From NCBI GenBank assembly GCA_964576435.1, contig CAZNUP010000001.1, positions 226,345 through 290,344 of the forward strand: a stretch of DNA of 64,000 bases, written 5' to 3'. The position numbers were made by a program, and so were the translations under genes. Shown here one piece after another: positions 28,995 to 41,560 of this stretch (its first letter is position 1; each line of letters opens with the position of its first letter). Under the pieces are notes generated by a model. It made no database searches. It was given only the letters and a program-made list of their open reading frames with translations, and had not been told where the DNA came from. Source of the stretch: an uncultured Gammaproteobacteria bacterium. GTDB lineage: Bacteria > Patescibacteriota > Microgenomatia > JAMCZE01.

Positions 28995-31088
28995 TTACTT
29001 TTTTGCAACAATTTGCTCCTGAATATTCTTTGGAGTTTCTTCGTAGTGTGATGGTTCAATATAAGCACTTGCTCGGCCTTGAGTAAGTGATCTAAGTTTT
29101 GTTGTGTATCCAGAAATTTCAGCAAGTGGGACAAGAGCTAGAACAATTGTTGCATTGCCTCTTTGATTAGTTCCTAAAATTTGTGCTCTCTTCGAGGAAA
29201 GATCACCGATAACATCTCCCATGAATTCATCAGGAGTTGTTACTTCCACTTTCATGATTGGTTCCAAAAGAACTAGTTCTGCATTTTTAGCTCCGTCTTG
29301 AAGAGCCATTGACCCTGCAATTTGGAAAGCAACATCTGAAGAGTCAACATCATGGAATGACCCATCAAAGAAAGTAACTTTAATATCAGTTAATGGATAT
29401 CCAGCTAATACACCATTGAGAGCTGCTTCTTTTGTTCCTTTTTCGACAGATCCAAAGAATTCTGAAGGAACTGCTCCACCTTTAATTTCATTAACAAATT
29501 CCCATCCTTCACCACGTGGTTTAGGTTCGACTTTAATAACGGCGTGACCATATTGTCCACGACCTCCAGTTTGTCTAATATATTTTCCTTCGCCTTCTGC
29601 TGCTTTCTTAATTGTTTCTTTATAAGCAACTTGTGGTGCACCAACATTTGTATCAACTGACATTTCATCTTTCATTCGTCTCACCCACACCTCAAGTTGT
29701 AATTCCCCAACTCCAGAAATAATTGTTTGTCCAGTTTCTTTGTCACTCTTTACATGAATTGTTGGATCTTCTTCCATGACTCTTTGAAGTGCAAGTCCGA
29801 GTTTTTCCTGATCAGATTTTGATTTTGGTTCAATAGCAAGAGAGATAACTGGTTCTGGGAATGTAATACCTTCAAGAACTATTGGATTTGCTTGTTCTGT
29901 AAGTGTGTCCCCAGTTCTTGTTTCTTTAAGTCCAACTACTGCAACAATTTCTCCAGCAAAAGCTTCTGTAATTTCTTCTCTATTATTTGCGTGCATTAGA
30001 AGTAATCGGCCGATTCTTTCCTGTGTTCCTTTAGTAGCATTCCAAACATAGGATCCAGATGTTAATTTTCCGGAATAAATTCGAACGTAATAGAGTTTTC
30101 CAACGTGTGGATCGAGTTGTACTTTGAAAGCCATTCCAGTAAATGGTTCTTCGACTTTTGCTTGTCTTGTAACTTCTTCTTTTGTTTTTGGATTAATCCC
30201 AGCGGTAGCAGGTTTATCAAGAGGCGATGGTAAGTAATCAACAATTGCGTCGAGTAATGGTTGCACACCTTTATTTCTAAGTGATGTGCCTGTGTATGTT
30301 GGAACCAATTTATAATCAACAACGGCTTTTCTAAGTGCCGCTTTAAGTTCCGAGATGGTTGGGATTTCTCCATTGAGATATTTCTCAAGAAGTTTCTCAT
30401 CAGTTTCAGAGATTCTTTCAACAAGTTCTTGTCGATATTTTTTAACAAGTTCTGGATCAAGTCCTTCTGGAATTTCTTTCTTGATCTCATATTTGGCTCC
30501 AAGCTCATCTCCGCCCCAAATCCAAGCCTGTTCTTCCATGAGGTCATAAACACCTTTAAATGTATTTTCAACACCAATTGGTAAAACCATTGGAAGGGGA
30601 GTGATGCCAAGCCTTTCTTTAATAGCTTCAAGTGTTTTATAGAAGTTAGCACCAAGTTTATCAATCTTATTGATGTAGATAATTCTTGGAACTTTATATT
30701 TGTCAGCCTGTCTCCAAACTGTTTCAGTTTGTGACTGCACTGTTTCCTCAGCATCAAGAACTGTAACAGCTCCGTCAAGGACGCGAAGTGATCGTTCAAC
30801 TTCAGCTGTAAAGTCAACGTGACCAGGTGTATCAATGATGTTAATTCGGTGATCTTTCCAAAATGTAGTAGTTGCGGCAGAAACAATTGTGATTCCTCTT
30901 TCTCTTTCCTGCGTCATCCAGTCCATCTGTGTGTCACCTTCATCAATATCACCAATTTTGTAAGTTTTTCCAGTGTAGTAAAGAAGTCGTTCTGTTGTAG
31001 TAGTTTTTCCGGCGTCAATGTGAGCAATGATTCCGATATTTCGGACTTTGTCTAAAGGTGTATTTCTATTTTTTGTTTGATCGGACAT
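28995..31088 (-). CDS. fusA: elongation factor G
   Basis: AHIDAGKTT, ERGITI, DTPGHVDF, RQTGGRGQYGH. Confidence 0.98.
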   Translation of the reverse strand: MSDQTKNRNTPLDKVRNIGIIAHIDAGKTTTTERLLYYTGKTYKIGDIDEGDTQMDWMTQERERGITIVSAATTTFWKDHRINIIDTPGHVDFTAEVERSLRVLDGAVTVLDAEETVQSQTETVWRQADKYKVPRIIYINKIDKLGANFYKTLEAIKERLGITPLPMVLPIGVENTFKGVYDLMEEQAWIWGGDELGAKYEIKKEIPEGLDPELVKKYRQELVERISETDEKLLEKYLNGEIPTISELKAALRKAVVDYKLVPTYTGTSLRNKGVQPLLDAIVDYLPSPLDKPATAGINPKTKEEVTRQAKVEEPFTGMAFKVQLDPHVGKLYYVRIYSGKLTSGSYVWNATKGTQERIGRLLLMHANNREEITEAFAGEIVAVVGLKETRTGDTLTEQANPIVLEGITFPEPVISLAIEPKSKSDQEKLGLALQRVMEEDPTIHVKSDKETGQTIISGVGELQLEVWVRRMKDEMSVDTNVGAPQVAYKETIKKAAEGEGKYIRQTGGRGQYGHAVIKVEPKPRGEGWEFVNEIKGGAVPSEFFGSVEKGTKEAALNGVLAGYPLTDIKVTFFDGSFHDVDSSDVAFQIAGSMALQDGAKNAELVLLEPIMKVEVTTPDEFMGDVIGDLSSKRAQILGTNQRGNATIVLALVPLAEISGYTTKLRSLTQGRASAYIEPSHYEETPKNIQEQIVAKK

Positions 31089-31183
31089 AAAATATTTTTA
31101 AACTTGTTTTCAAAAAATTAGTGCCGACTATTTACGGCACATATTGATTATACAGGCTCCGTAGTAAATTTAAAATACAGAAT

Positions 31184-31666
31184 TTACCAGCGAAGGTGAG
31201 CAAATGCCTTATTAGCTTCTGCCATTTTATAAACCATGTCTCTTTTCTTGATTGCTCCACCAAGTCCTTGAGTTGCATCAATCATTTCAGCTGCCAATTT
31301 TTCTGAATAAGAATGATATTCTTTGTTTGATCTAGCTCTTGCTGCCTCGATAAGCCATTTTAAAGCCAAGTGAGTTTTTCGGTCTCCACGAACTTCCATT
31401 GGAACTTGATATGAAGCTCCACCAACTCTTCTTGGTCTAACTTCCATTTTTGGAGCAATAGTGTTGATCACTAAATCAAGATACTTTGATGCTTCCGCGT
31501 CTGGTTGTTTTTCTTTAACAATTTCGAAAGCTCTATAAACTTGAGTTGCTGCAACACTTTTCTTGCCGTCCTTCATGGACTTATTGATAAGTTTAGTCAT
31601 GAGTCTATTTCCATAGACTGGATCCATTGGTGTTAATGCTTTAGTGATTTTCTTCGATCTACTCAT
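31184..31666 (-). CDS. rpsG: 30S ribosomal protein S7
   Basis: DGKKS, RRVGGASYQVP, MAEANKAFAH. Confidence 0.97.
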   Translation of the reverse strand: MSRSKKITKALTPMDPVYGNRLMTKLINKSMKDGKKSVAATQVYRAFEIVKEKQPDAEASKYLDLVINTIAPKMEVRPRRVGGASYQVPMEVRGDRKTHLALKWLIEAARARSNKEYHSYSEKLAAEMIDATQGLGGAIKKRDMVYKMAEANKAFAHLRW

Positions 31667-31672
31667 ATATTT

Positions 31673-32128
31673 TTATGCTGCTGGTGTGGCGGCTGCTTTT
31701 GGAGCTGCTGCTGGACCAGTATCTCCAGCCTTTGTGCCATACTTACTTCTTGATTGTTTTCTTCCAACTACTCCACCTGCGTCAAATTTACCTCGAACAA
31801 TGTGATAACGAACACCAGGAAGATCCTTAACTCTTCCTCCTCGAACCATAACAATTGAATGTTCAGCTAAAGTGTGACCAATACCCATGATATAGGCGGT
31901 CACTTCTTGCTTGTTGGAAAGTCTAACTCTTGCAACTTTTCGAAGTGCTGAGTTTGGCTTTCTTGGTGTCATTGTTTTAACAACAGTACAAACACCCCTT
32001 TTAAAAGGTGAGTTCACAACAGACATTTCTCGTGTTCGGGCATTGAAATACTTCCGAAGTCCAGTTGTTCGGCTCTTTTTAACTTTGCTGTGTCTCCCTT
32101 TTTTGATGAGTTGATTTACTGTTGGCAT
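31673..32128 (-). CDS. rpsL: 30S ribosomal protein S12
   Basis: [29 protein letters not shown]; start moved to 32128. Confidence 0.97.
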   Translation of the reverse strand: MPTVNQLIKKGRHSKVKKSRTTGLRKYFNARTREMSVVNSPFKRGVCTVVKTMTPRKPNSALRKVARVRLSNKQEVTAYIMGIGHTLAEHSIVMVRGGRVKDLPGVRYHIVRGKFDAGGVVGRKQSRSKYGTKAGDTGPAAAPKAAATPAA

Positions 32129-32129
32129 A

Positions 32130-35100
32130 TTAGTTTTGAATTTGTTTTGCTCCTTCACCCATTCGAGCGCGTTCGCTAGATGTTGGGATGAGGCGCCCAA
32201 TTATGACATTTTCTTTAAGTCCAATCAAGGGATCTTCCGAAGCTCGGAGCGCTGCGTCAGTCAAAACCTCTGTTGTACGCTCAAATGATGCTGCTGACAA
32301 CCATGAATTTGTGTAAAGTGCCGCCCTTGATACTCCAAGAATTGTTACAGTTGCTGTTGCTGGTTCTCCGCCTGATGCAATAACTCTAGAATTTTCTTCG
32401 TCAAATCTTGCTCTATCAACAAATTCTCCAGGAAGGAAACTTGTATCTCCAGCAGTTTCAATTCTAACTTTATCAGCCATCTTTCGGACAATCACTTCAA
32501 AGTGTTTGTCATTGATAGGAATATTTTGTGATTCGTAAACCTCTTGTAGTTGAGCAATGAGATACTTTTGTGCTTCAAATAAGCCTCTTACTGCAAGGAC
32601 ATCTTTAATATCAAGTGACCCGGATGATAGTTGTGTTCCAGCTGCTACCAAGTCGCCTTCACTAACTGTAAGTTGTGATGTAAGTGGAATAATATATTCT
32701 CTTTCTTCAGCGGGTTTTACACTTGTATTTCTGATTCTGACTTTATATCCATCAGTTGTTTCAGCAACTTCAACTTTTCCTGAAATCTCAGCGATAGGTG
32801 AGAATATCTTTGGTGATCTTGTTTCAAATAGTTCTTCTACTCGAGGTAACCCCTGAGTAACGTCTTGGGAAACAACTCCTCCTGTGTGTTTTGTTCTAAG
32901 TGTAAGTTGTGTTCCAGGTTCTCCAATTGATTGAGCTGAGACGATTCCAACAGGCATTCCAAGTTCCACAAGTTTCCTGGTTGCAAAGTCTCTTCCGTAA
33001 CAAAGTTGGCACATTCCATACTTAGCTTGGCAGGTAAGTGGTGATCTAATTACCACTGATTCAAGCTTTGCTTCTTCGATTTCAGCAAGAACTTTTTCAT
33101 CAATTTCAGCTCCAGCTTCGGCAATTGTTTTCTTTCCATCCTTAATCTCGTTTACTAGGATTCTGCCAAGTAATCTATTTGGGAAACTTGTTCCCCGTTT
33201 CTCATCTCTTCTAATTTCAATTCCTTCAGTTGTTTCGCAGTCATGAAGTCTAATGAGACAATCATGAGCAACGTCCACAAGCCTTCGTGTTAAGTATCCA
33301 GCGTCAGCTGTTCTAAGCGCTGTGTCAGCAAGTCCTTTTCTTGATCCTCTAGTTCCCGTGACATATTCAAATACTGAAAGTCCCTGTCTAAAGTTTGATT
33401 TAGTTGGCATTGGAACGATTTTTCCAGTAGGATCAACCATAAGTCCGCGCATTCCAGAAACCTGTTTGACGTTGTCTTTACTTGATTTACCGGCTCCAGA
33501 TTCCAAGATAATTTTGACTGGATTGTTTTTGTCATATGCAGTCCATGTAAGTTCAGTGACTTTATCAGTGATTTCAATCCAGACGTCATTTTGAAGCCTT
33601 CTCATTTCGTCATGAGTAATAAGACCTTGTCCAAAGTTGTCTTCAATTTCAGTAGCTTGTGTTTCGCCTTCCGCAATAATTTCATCCTTTTCAGCAATTT
33701 GAGTAAGATCAAAAATACCAACTGAGATACCTGAGTTCATTGATCCGTCAAATCCAATATCCTTCAAATTATCCAAAAGACCAAGTAATTCTTCTCTGGA
33801 AAGAATATCCATGGCTTTATTCAAAACGCCTCGGAGTTTTGATCTTGTAAGTGTTTCATTGATGAATCTAAGTTTTTCTGGGATAGATCTATTAAGAATA
33901 ATTCTTCCAGGTGTGGTCTCCATCATCTTTCCATCGTGTCTAACTTTGATAAGCTGTCTCATGTGAATCTTGTTCTCTTGATAAGCTAGGATTACTTCGT
34001 CAAAGTCAGAGAAAATAGTTTCAACCTTTGGTAATTTTTCATCGATATTGGTGTAGTAGTTAATGCCAAGGATCATTTCTTTACTTGGATCAACAACAGG
34101 CATGCCGTCAGATGGCTTCAAAAGGTTGTGTTCAGCCATCATAAGTGATGCTGCTTCTGCTCGTGCGTTTCCAGAAAGTGGTACGTGAACGGCCATTTGG
34201 TCTCCATCAAAGTCCGCATTATATCCAGCGCAGACAAGTGGGTGAACTTGAATAGCTGATCCTTCAATAAGGATTGGATAAAACGCTTGCATACCAAGTT
34301 TGTGAAGTGTTGGTGCTCGGTTCAAAAGAACTGGATGGTTCTTTGTAATTTCTTCCAAGATATCAAATACTTCTGGTGATCTCTTTTCAAGGATTACCTT
34401 TGCACTTCTAACGTTTGGTGCCATTCCTCGAACAATAAGTTCTCGGAGAACGAAAGGCTTAAACATTTCAAGCGCCATTTCTTTTGGAATTCCGCATTCG
34501 TGGAGTTTAAGGTGTGGTCCAACCACGATAACTGATCGTCCAGAATAGTCCACGCGTTTACCAAGGAGGTTTTGTCTGAATCGCCCCTGTTTTCCACGAA
34601 GCATGTCTGAAAGACTCTTAAGTTCAATTGCAGATGCTCTTGACGATGTTCTTTGTGAAGCATCAATAAGAGAATCGACAGCTTCTTGAAGCATTCTCTT
34701 TTCGTTTCGAAGAATAATTTCAGGTGCTCCAAGATCAATAAGGTGCTTAAGTCTATTATTTCTATTAATAACTCTTCTATAAAGATCATTCAAATCTGAA
34801 GTAGCAAATCTTCCTCCAGAAAGTTGCACCATAGGTCTAAGATCTGGTGGAATAACTGGCAAAGCTGAAAGAATCATCCATTCTGGTCTGACTCCTGCTT
34901 TTCTCATTCCGTCAACAATTCGAAGTTGTTTAATAGCTTTGATTTTCTTTTGTGCACTTGCTTCAGCAACTTCAACTCGAAGATCAGCCGCCATTTTTCC
35001 AAGGTCAATTTGTCCAAGTGCTTCGGAAATAGCTTCTGCACCCATTCCAACACTAATGAAGTCAGATGCTCCGTATTCATCAAGTTTGAGATATTCTTCC

Positions 35101-35870
35101 TCAGTAAGTTGTGTAAGTGGTCTAACACTCTTAACAAGATCTGAAAGTGTTTTATAAATTTCTCCTAGTCTGTTTTTCTCCAAATTGAATTCATCTTCAA
35201 CTTTGGCAATCTTTTGCTTGTTTGAAAGTTCCACTTCAGAAAGAACCATTTCAAGTCTAGTTGTGTCGTTTTTGATCTTTTCTTTTTGGTCTTTAATCTT
35301 TTCTGCGGCTTCTTCTTTAGCTTCTTTGAGTTTTACTTCAAAGTCTTTTTCCATGGTTTTTTGTCTATCTTCCATGGTTTTAGTAAGTTCAGTCAAAACT
35401 GAATCTCTTCTATCTTCGTCAACTGACAACACAAGATAGGAAGCAAAGTAGACTACGTTCTCAAGAGCTTTTGGTGACATGTCCAAAAGAAGTGACAATT
35501 TAGAAGGTGCGCCTTTGAAATACCAAACGTGTACGATAGGTACCGCAAGGGTAATATGGCCCATTCTTTCGCGTCTAACTTTAGATTGTGTGACTTCGAC
35601 TCCGCACTTGTCGCAGATAATTCCTCTGTATCTGATTCTCTTATATTTTCCACAATAACATTCCCAATCTTTAGTTGGTCCAAAGATATTTTCAGAAAAT
35701 AGTCCATCCTTTTCTGGCTTTAATGTTCGGTAGTTGATTGTTTCAGGTTTTGTAACTTCACCATATGACCAATCCAAAATATCGGTTGGCGAGGCAAGTA
35801 TAAGCTTTAGTCCCCTAAAATCGACTAAGTTTGCAAAATTATCTGAAACTTTATTACTATTTGTCTTCAT
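32130..35870 (-). CDS. rpoC: RNA polymerase beta' subunit
   Basis: Zn-site [19 protein letters not shown] active site, [10 protein letters not shown]. Confidence 0.98.
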   Translation of the reverse strand: MKTNSNKVSDNFANLVDFRGLKLILASPTDILDWSYGEVTKPETINYRTLKPEKDGLFSENIFGPTKDWECYCGKYKRIRYRGIICDKCGVEVTQSKVRRERMGHITLAVPIVHVWYFKGAPSKLSLLLDMSPKALENVVYFASYLVLSVDEDRRDSVLTELTKTMEDRQKTMEKDFEVKLKEAKEEAAEKIKDQKEKIKNDTTRLEMVLSEVELSNKQKIAKVEDEFNLEKNRLGEIYKTLSDLVKSVRPLTQLTEEEYLKLDEYGASDFISVGMGAEAISEALGQIDLGKMAADLRVEVAEASAQKKIKAIKQLRIVDGMRKAGVRPEWMILSALPVIPPDLRPMVQLSGGRFATSDLNDLYRRVINRNNRLKHLIDLGAPEIILRNEKRMLQEAVDSLIDASQRTSSRASAIELKSLSDMLRGKQGRFRQNLLGKRVDYSGRSVIVVGPHLKLHECGIPKEMALEMFKPFVLRELIVRGMAPNVRSAKVILEKRSPEVFDILEEITKNHPVLLNRAPTLHKLGMQAFYPILIEGSAIQVHPLVCAGYNADFDGDQMAVHVPLSGNARAEAASLMMAEHNLLKPSDGMPVVDPSKEMILGINYYTNIDEKLPKVETIFSDFDEVILAYQENKIHMRQLIKVRHDGKMMETTPGRIILNRSIPEKLRFINETLTRSKLRGVLNKAMDILSREELLGLLDNLKDIGFDGSMNSGISVGIFDLTQIAEKDEIIAEGETQATEIEDNFGQGLITHDEMRRLQNDVWIEITDKVTELTWTAYDKNNPVKIILESGAGKSSKDNVKQVSGMRGLMVDPTGKIVPMPTKSNFRQGLSVFEYVTGTRGSRKGLADTALRTADAGYLTRRLVDVAHDCLIRLHDCETTEGIEIRRDEKRGTSFPNRLLGRILVNEIKDGKKTIAEAGAEIDEKVLAEIEEAKLESVVIRSPLTCQAKYGMCQLCYGRDFATRKLVELGMPVGIVSAQSIGEPGTQLTLRTKHTGGVVSQDVTQGLPRVEELFETRSPKIFSPIAEISGKVEVAETTDGYKVRIRNTSVKPAEEREYIIPLTSQLTVSEGDLVAAGTQLSSGSLDIKDVLAVRGLFEAQKYLIAQLQEVYESQNIPINDKHFEVIVRKMADKVRIETAGDTSFLPGEFVDRARFDEENSRVIASGGEPATATVTILGVSRAALYTNSWLSAASFERTTEVLTDAALRASEDPLIGLKENVIIGRLIPTSSERARMGEGAKQIQN

Positions 35871-38800
35871 TTGTTGAAACCTCCTCTGTTATTTCTATTC
35901 CTGATGCTTCACTAATTGGTGTTTCTTCTGCATTAACTTCAGCATCCAAAACTTCTTTCATTTCATTAACTTCCTTTTCAACCTTTTCCTCTTGTTTGTC
36001 AGCTGCTGTTCCAGTTGCAGTTGGGATTGCGTTAGCAACAACCGCTCCACTTGGTGTAACTGAAAGAGCCAAACTTTGTAATTCTTTAACCAAAACCTTG
36101 AATGATTCTGGAATTGTTGATTGTGGAATATCAACACCTTTGACAATTGCTTCAAATGCTTTAGCGCGTCCCACAACGTCGTCTGATTTTATCGTAAGCA
36201 TCTCCTGAAGTGTATAGGCAGCTCGGTGTGCTTCAAGTGCCCAAACTTCCATTTCTCCAAGTCTCTGTCCACCCATTTGAGCTTTTCCGCCAAGTGGTTG
36301 TTGAGTAACAAGTGAGTATGGTCCTGTTGATCTTGCGTGTGTCTTATCCTCAACCATGTGCATGAGTTTGAGGATATAGGTTGTTCCAACCATGACTTTT
36401 TGATCAAGTTTTTCACCAGTTCGGCCGTCAATAACAGTTGTTTTTCCATCAGCTGGAAGACCCGCATCGGTTAAAGCCTTAGAAAGCCATTCTTCGGAAA
36501 TCTTTTCAAAAACTGGTACTGTTACTTTCTTGCCTTGGTGACTCATTGCCCAACCAAGATGTGCTTCCAAAATTTGTCCCAAGTTCATACGACCAAGAAC
36601 TGAAAGTGGGGAAATGATGATGTCGATTGGTGTTCCATCTTCAAGATGTGGCATGTCAGCTTGAGAGACAATTCTTGAAATAACACCTTTGTTCCCGTGT
36701 CTTCCGGCCACTTTGTCTCCAACTGAAACTTTTCTAACTTGTGCAACTTTAACTTTAATAAGTTTTGTTGTTCCTGGTGAAAGTTCATCTCCCTTTTCTT
36801 TGTCTAAAATATTGATTCCAATAACAGTTCCTTTTTCGCCGTGTGGCATGCGAAGTGATGTATCTCTGACTTCTCGTGCTTTTTCTCCAAAGATAGCTCG
36901 GAGTAGTCTTTCTTCTGCTGAAAGTTCAGTTTCACCTTTTGGTGCAATCTTTCCAACCAAAATATCATTTGGCCCAACTTCAGCACCAATTACGACAATT
37001 CCGTTTTCATCTAAGTTAGCAAGATCCATTTCGCCAACATTTGGAATATCTCTTGTAAGTTCTTCAGGTCCAAGTTTTGTATCAACTACTTCGCAGTCAT
37101 GTTCTTCAACGTGGATACTTGTCAAAAGGTCATCAGTAACAAGCCTATCAGAGACAATAATGGCGTCTTCGTAACCATAGCCTTCAAAGTGCATGTAGGC
37201 GATAGTCATATTGGATCCAAGTGCGAGCTCCCCATTTTCAGAAGATGGCCCATCAATAATTGGTTGTCCAACCTTAATTTTGTCTCCAGTTACAACTAAA
37301 GCTCTTTGTGAATAGCATGTTCCGTTTGGATCAGTTCTCTTGAATTTAACAAGTGAATAAGTTTCTAAATCGCCAACAATCTTAATGTTTTCATCCTGGT
37401 TTTTATCTTCCTTTGCTTTTTCAGCTTCCTTTTTATCAATTTTAATTACGACTTTATTTCCATCAACAAAAGCTACTTCTCCAGCATGTCTTGCTTTAAC
37501 AACCCATCCCATGGAAGTTGCTACATCTGCTTCAACTCCAGTTCCAACGTAAGGGGATTGTGGTCTAATAAGTGGCACTGCTTGAGCTTGCATATTTGAA
37601 CCCATCAGGGCGCGAATTCCGTCGTCATGTTGTAAAAATGGAATAAGGGCTGCTGCTGTTCCAACTACTTGTCTTGGAACAACATCCATAAGTCCAACTT
37701 CATCAGAATTTGCTGAAACGAATTCTCCTCTGAATCTAACTGGCACTCTTGAGTCTGTTATGTATCCATCTGAATCCATTCCAACCTCCGCATGAGTAAT
37801 TTTTTGGTCTCTTTCATCGTCAGCTGCCAAATAGACGATTTCTTCAGTCATTTTTACACCCTTACTGTCTTTTGCTAGTTTTCTGTATGGAGCCAACAGG
37901 AAGCCATATTCATCAACCTTGGTAAATAAGCTCATAAAGGTCACAAGACCGATATTTGGGCCTTCTGGAGACCTTACAGGGCAAATTCTACTGTATTGTG
38001 AAGAATTGATGTCTCGAATTGAGAAACTGGCTCTTTCCCGAGAAATTCCCCCAACCCCCATAACTGACAACTTTCTGAGTGTGTCGACCTCAGAAAGAGG
38101 GTTTGTTTGGTCCAAAATTGCTGATAATTGGGATGTCCTAAAGAATTCGTTTGTAGCTGAAATAAGAGGTCTGGCGTTCACAACTTGGTTAGGCATGACT
38201 TTAGATTTTGGATCTAAAAGGCTCATTCTTTCCTTAACAGCTCTTTCAAGTCTCATAAGACCTGATCTGAAAGCCACGTTTCCAACGAGTTCTCCAACTC
38301 TTCGTACTCTTCGATTGGCTAGGTGGTCAATATCATCTGTAAATGTTTCAGAATCTCCATTTTGAAGTCTAATGAGGTATTTGACAGTTTCAATTATATC
38401 CTCTCTCTTAAGTACCCAATTTTCAATTTCATTTGGGATATCAAGTCCAAGTCTTTTATTGATCTTATATCGTCCAACTTTTCCAAGATTATATCTTCGA
38501 ATATTGAAGAAAAGATCATTGATGTAATCAATTGCAGTTTCAACAACAACTGGTTCTCCAGGTCGCATCTTCTTATAAATTTCAGTGGCAGCTTCAGCAG
38601 ATCCATGTGTTGGGTCTTTTTTAAGTGTTGCTTCGATGAATGATTCAGTCCCCGTATCAACTCCAGAGAAAAGTTTCTTAATTTCTTCATCAGATCCAAT
38701 TCCAATAGCTCTTAAGAATGTAGTAATTGGGAATTTTCTGCGTCTATCAATTCGGACTGAAATAATTCCATTTCTGGAAATATTAAATTCCAACCAGCTT

Positions 38801-39330
38801 CCTCTAAAAGTTGGTCTAATTTCTGCAAAATAAAGCATTCGGCCAGTAACTGGATCAACTTCACCTAGGAAGTAGGTCCCAGCTGATCTAACGAGTTGAT
38901 TAACAACTGCTCTTTCAATTCCATTAATCACAAATGTTCCAGATTTTGTCATCATTGGCACTTCGCCAAAGAAAACTTCTTGAGTGGTGACTTCGCCAGT
39001 TTGTTTATTAAGAAGTCTTGCTTCAATTCTCATAGGAACGTCATAAGTGACGCCTTTAAGAGCTGCTTGTGATGCAGTGTACTTTGGTTTACCAAATGTA
39101 TATTTACCAAGTGATAACTCCCAATTTTTACCAGTAAAATCAGAGATAGGGGAAATTTCTGAAATTAAACTACCAATGCCTTCATCTAAAAATTGTTGAT
39201 AGGATTCTTGTTGAACGGAGAGGAAATCGAGTTCTGGAAGAGAGGGGTAATTTTTGCCCCAATACACGCGTGGAGCAAAAGCGTTTTCAGTGTTCTTATT
39301 TTGAGTTTGATTGTTAGTTTTATTAGCCAT
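35857..39330 (-). CDS. rpoB: RNA polymerase beta subunit
   Basis: [35 protein letters not shown]. Confidence 0.98.
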   Translation of the reverse strand: MANKTNNQTQNKNTENAFAPRVYWGKNYPSLPELDFLSVQQESYQQFLDEGIGSLISEISPISDFTGKNWELSLGKYTFGKPKYTASQAALKGVTYDVPMRIEARLLNKQTGEVTTQEVFFGEVPMMTKSGTFVINGIERAVVNQLVRSAGTYFLGEVDPVTGRMLYFAEIRPTFRGSWLEFNISRNGIISVRIDRRRKFPITTFLRAIGIGSDEEIKKLFSGVDTGTESFIEATLKKDPTHGSAEAATEIYKKMRPGEPVVVETAIDYINDLFFNIRRYNLGKVGRYKINKRLGLDIPNEIENWVLKREDIIETVKYLIRLQNGDSETFTDDIDHLANRRVRRVGELVGNVAFRSGLMRLERAVKERMSLLDPKSKVMPNQVVNARPLISATNEFFRTSQLSAILDQTNPLSEVDTLRKLSVMGVGGISRERASFSIRDINSSQYSRICPVRSPEGPNIGLVTFMSLFTKVDEYGFLLAPYRKLAKDSKGVKMTEEIVYLAADDERDQKITHAEVGMDSDGYITDSRVPVRFRGEFVSANSDEVGLMDVVPRQVVGTAAALIPFLQHDDGIRALMGSNMQAQAVPLIRPQSPYVGTGVEADVATSMGWVVKARHAGEVAFVDGNKVVIKIDKKEAEKAKEDKNQDENIKIVGDLETYSLVKFKRTDPNGTCYSQRALVVTGDKIKVGQPIIDGPSSENGELALGSNMTIAYMHFEGYGYEDAIIVSDRLVTDDLLTSIHVEEHDCEVVDTKLGPEELTRDIPNVGEMDLANLDENGIVVIGAEVGPNDILVGKIAPKGETELSAEERLLRAIFGEKAREVRDTSLRMPHGEKGTVIGINILDKEKGDELSPGTTKLIKVKVAQVRKVSVGDKVAGRHGNKGVISRIVSQADMPHLEDGTPIDIIISPLSVLGRMNLGQILEAHLGWAMSHQGKKVTVPVFEKISEEWLSKALTDAGLPADGKTTVIDGRTGEKLDQKVMVGTTYILKLMHMVEDKTHARSTGPYSLVTQQPLGGKAQMGGQRLGEMEVWALEAHRAAYTLQEMLTIKSDDVVGRAKAFEAIVKGVDIPQSTIPESFKVLVKELQSLALSVTPSGAVVANAIPTATGTAADKQEEKVEKEVNEMKEVLDAEVNAEETPISEASGIEITEEVSTNEDK

Positions 39331-39425
39331 TACTTACAACAAAAAAGACAAGCGAACCCACAAAATGTTCGCCATTTATTTCTATTAAGATGCTCTTAGT
39401 TTACCAAACTTTTCCCAAAATGCAA
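39331..39425 (-). promoter_or_regulatory. rpoB promoter and hairpin leader
   Basis: TTGCAT-16-(TGg)TAAACT; leader hairpin GCGAAC/GTTCGC followed by TTGTCTTTTTTG. Confidence 0.6.
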
Positions 39426-39428
39426 GGG

Positions 39429-40085
39429 TTAATTGGTGAATTTAAATGTAGAGAGAATTTGATTTAAATTTTCTAAATCTGAGCTTTGTATATCTCCCTG
39501 CCAAGTGATTTTTAAAAACTTTGATTCATCTTTACCAAACGGCAGGTAGAGAAGCTGTACTGACCCTTCACCTTCGCGTAAATATTGGAATCCAGTTTTC
39601 CCACCAGTTGTTTTCATCACAACAGAGCCGACTTGATAAACATTTTGGTCAAAATCTCGATTATATTGAGCAATTTGTTGAACCGTTTTGTCTAATGGTT
39701 TTTCCGATACGGTGAATGTGAATAAATTTTGATTCGGCTGATTGTTCAATATTATGTCTAATAGGTTCTTAGTTTTAACGCAATTTGGCAGTAGTGGAGC
39801 TTTTGAAACTCCGTCACAATTGTCTTGGTCAGACAAGCCACCTGGCATAATATTTATACTATTTGGATAATTAAAAGAAAAACCATATTCATTATTGGTA
39901 TAACTTTTCCAATTTTTATTTCCATTTTCTACCGGGGTGGGTATAGAGTTAATTCTTTCATCGTCAACTGCATAAGTTATGTCGGCTGTGCTTTGTTCCA
40001 TGTGTCGTCCATTCCACCAGAAAAAACCTGCCGCACCTATAGCAATTACTAAAAGAATCCCTAAGATGATTGATGCTTTATTCAC
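39429..40085 (-). CDS. membrane-anchored extracellular protein (PsbP-like pattern)
   Basis: N-terminal TM, WKSYTNNEYGFSFNYP, C-terminal QILSTFKF. Confidence 0.7.
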   Translation of the reverse strand: MNKASIILGILLVIAIGAAGFFWWNGRHMEQSTADITYAVDDERINSIPTPVENGNKNWKSYTNNEYGFSFNYPNSINIMPGGLSDQDNCDGVSKAPLLPNCVKTKNLLDIILNNQPNQNLFTFTVSEKPLDKTVQQIAQYNRDFDQNVYQVGSVVMKTTGGKTGFQYLREGEGSVQLLYLPFGKDESKFLKITWQGDIQSSDLENLNQILSTFKFTN

Positions 40086-40100
40086 AATTTCAGTGTTGCA

Positions 40101-41072
40101 CTACTGGAGATACTTTGCAATGTTTGCATTTTGCTGATCGTTAGTCACAGCATAGTGCATATTTCCCTCCTTGTCAGAGATATAGAAGAAGTAGTTACTT
40201 TTTTGAGGATAAATTACAGATTTAATTGCAGCAAGGCTTGGATTTCCAATTGGTCCAGGCGGTAATCCTGGATTTAAATATGTGTTATATGGTGAGGGGA
40301 TCTTTAAATCTTCTGACAGTACTTCTTTTGGCCACCAGTCATTTTTCGAATTCCCGAGCATGTAATGAATAGTTGCATCCACTTGAAGTGGATGATCATC
40401 ATTTAATCTGTTAAGTAAAATTCCAGCAACAATTGGCATATCCGCTTCACTTCCAGCTTCTTTTTCTACAATTGAAGCGAGTGTTACAACCTGTTCTGGA
40501 GTTAAATTTTTAGCTTTGGCTTCAGCCTGGAGTTTAGAATCAAACTTTTTGTTATAGATACTAACTAAGTATTCTCTGATTTGGTCAATTGTCCAGTTCT
40601 TGGGAATGTCATAAGTTTCTGGGAAATATTTGCCTTCATCAGCTTTCCAAATGGGGATTTGTTCTTGAACAGTCCAATCATCTCCACCAAAACCTTCTTC
40701 TTTAAGGTAGGTGAGAATATTTTCAAGTCTCCATCCTTCTTTAATTGTCATCCTATTATCGCTTCGGCCAACTTGAAGCTCTTCAGTAATTTGTTCAGCG
40801 GACATTGATGGTGACAAATTAAATTCGCCAGCCTGGACATTTTTTTCAATTCCTAGTTGCTTAACTAAAAGGAAAAAGGCAATTTGGTCCCGAATTAAGC
40901 CTTGGTCGTGAAGTTTTTTGGCAATTTCCCTGACACCATCACCAGTTTCAATAGTAAAGTCTCTATTTTTTGTGTCAGTTGAGTTAGCGGGGGACAAAGA
41001 AATATTCCACCAACCAAAAACAACAACAACTACAACCACAATAACTATTCCCGTAATAATGTATCTTTTCAA
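40101..41072 (-). CDS. mltG: endolytic transglycosylase MltG
   Basis: N-terminal TM, LASIVEKEA, LQVDAT, SPYNTY..GLPPGPIGNP. Confidence 0.93.
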   Translation of the reverse strand: MKRYIITGIVIVVVVVVVFGWWNISLSPANSTDTKNRDFTIETGDGVREIAKKLHDQGLIRDQIAFFLLVKQLGIEKNVQAGEFNLSPSMSAEQITEELQVGRSDNRMTIKEGWRLENILTYLKEEGFGGDDWTVQEQIPIWKADEGKYFPETYDIPKNWTIDQIREYLVSIYNKKFDSKLQAEAKAKNLTPEQVVTLASIVEKEAGSEADMPIVAGILLNRLNDDHPLQVDATIHYMLGNSKNDWWPKEVLSEDLKIPSPYNTYLNPGLPPGPIGNPSLAAIKSVIYPQKSNYFFYISDKEGNMHYAVTNDQQNANIAKYLQ

Positions 41073-41077
41073 ATTAC

Positions 41078-41257
41078 CTACACCTCCTCAAGTTTTGCTC
41101 GTCTAAATTTCCCGTTCTCAACAATATAAATTCTTTTGCATTTACAAGTAACTTTATTCTCATCCTTCTTGCCCTTAGAAAGTGGCATACCACATCCAAC
41201 GCATTTTCCTTGACTAAGTAACCAACTCTGGACTGGGGAAATTAAGTTTTTTAACAT
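41078..41257 (-). CDS. small Zn-finger protein (59 aa, below ORF-track cutoff)
   Basis: MLKNLISPVQSWLLSQGKCVGCGMPLSKGKKDENKVTCKCKRIYIVENGKFRRAKLEEV. It fills the gap in the operon, and its 3' end carries the GAGGAGG SD for mltG. Confidence 0.75.
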   Translation of the reverse strand: MLKNLISPVQSWLLSQGKCVGCGMPLSKGKKDENKVTCKCKRIYIVENGKFRRAKLEEV

Positions 41258-41281
41258 GTTTCGTTGATATTAATTAACACT

Positions 41282-41560
41282 CTAAAAAACATAATACATA
41301 GCTGCAGTCAAAATGACCGCTACACCATATGAAATTGTCGGTACATTAACTATTTTTGACAAAATCCTATTCCAAAAGGCCATAAGCCACCAGGCGGTTA
41401 ATGGAAACTCAATTGCAAAAAGTAGAAACATTGATCCTACATTGTAGTTCTGTGGTGGTATAAGTTTGGAAATATATGCCAAGAAGGCGAGGATTATTGT
41501 AACGGCAATAAGCAATTTGTTTTGCTTGAAATCTTCCGATGTTATTTTTCTCTTATCCAT
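41282..41560 (-). CDS. small hypothetical membrane protein (about 3 TM)
   Basis: Hydrophobic ORF from MDKRK, overlapping the ruvX stop. Confidence 0.6.
   Translation of the reverse strand: MDKRKITSEDFKQNKLLIAVTIILAFLAYISKLIPPQNYNVGSMFLLFAIEFPLTAWWLMAFWNRILSKIVNVPTISYGVAVILTAAMYYVF

Noticed and set aside
30062-30886. 274-aa alternative-frame ORF inside fusA
   Set aside because: Same-strand frame shadow of a conserved gene; Leu/Lys-rich with no recognisable motifs.
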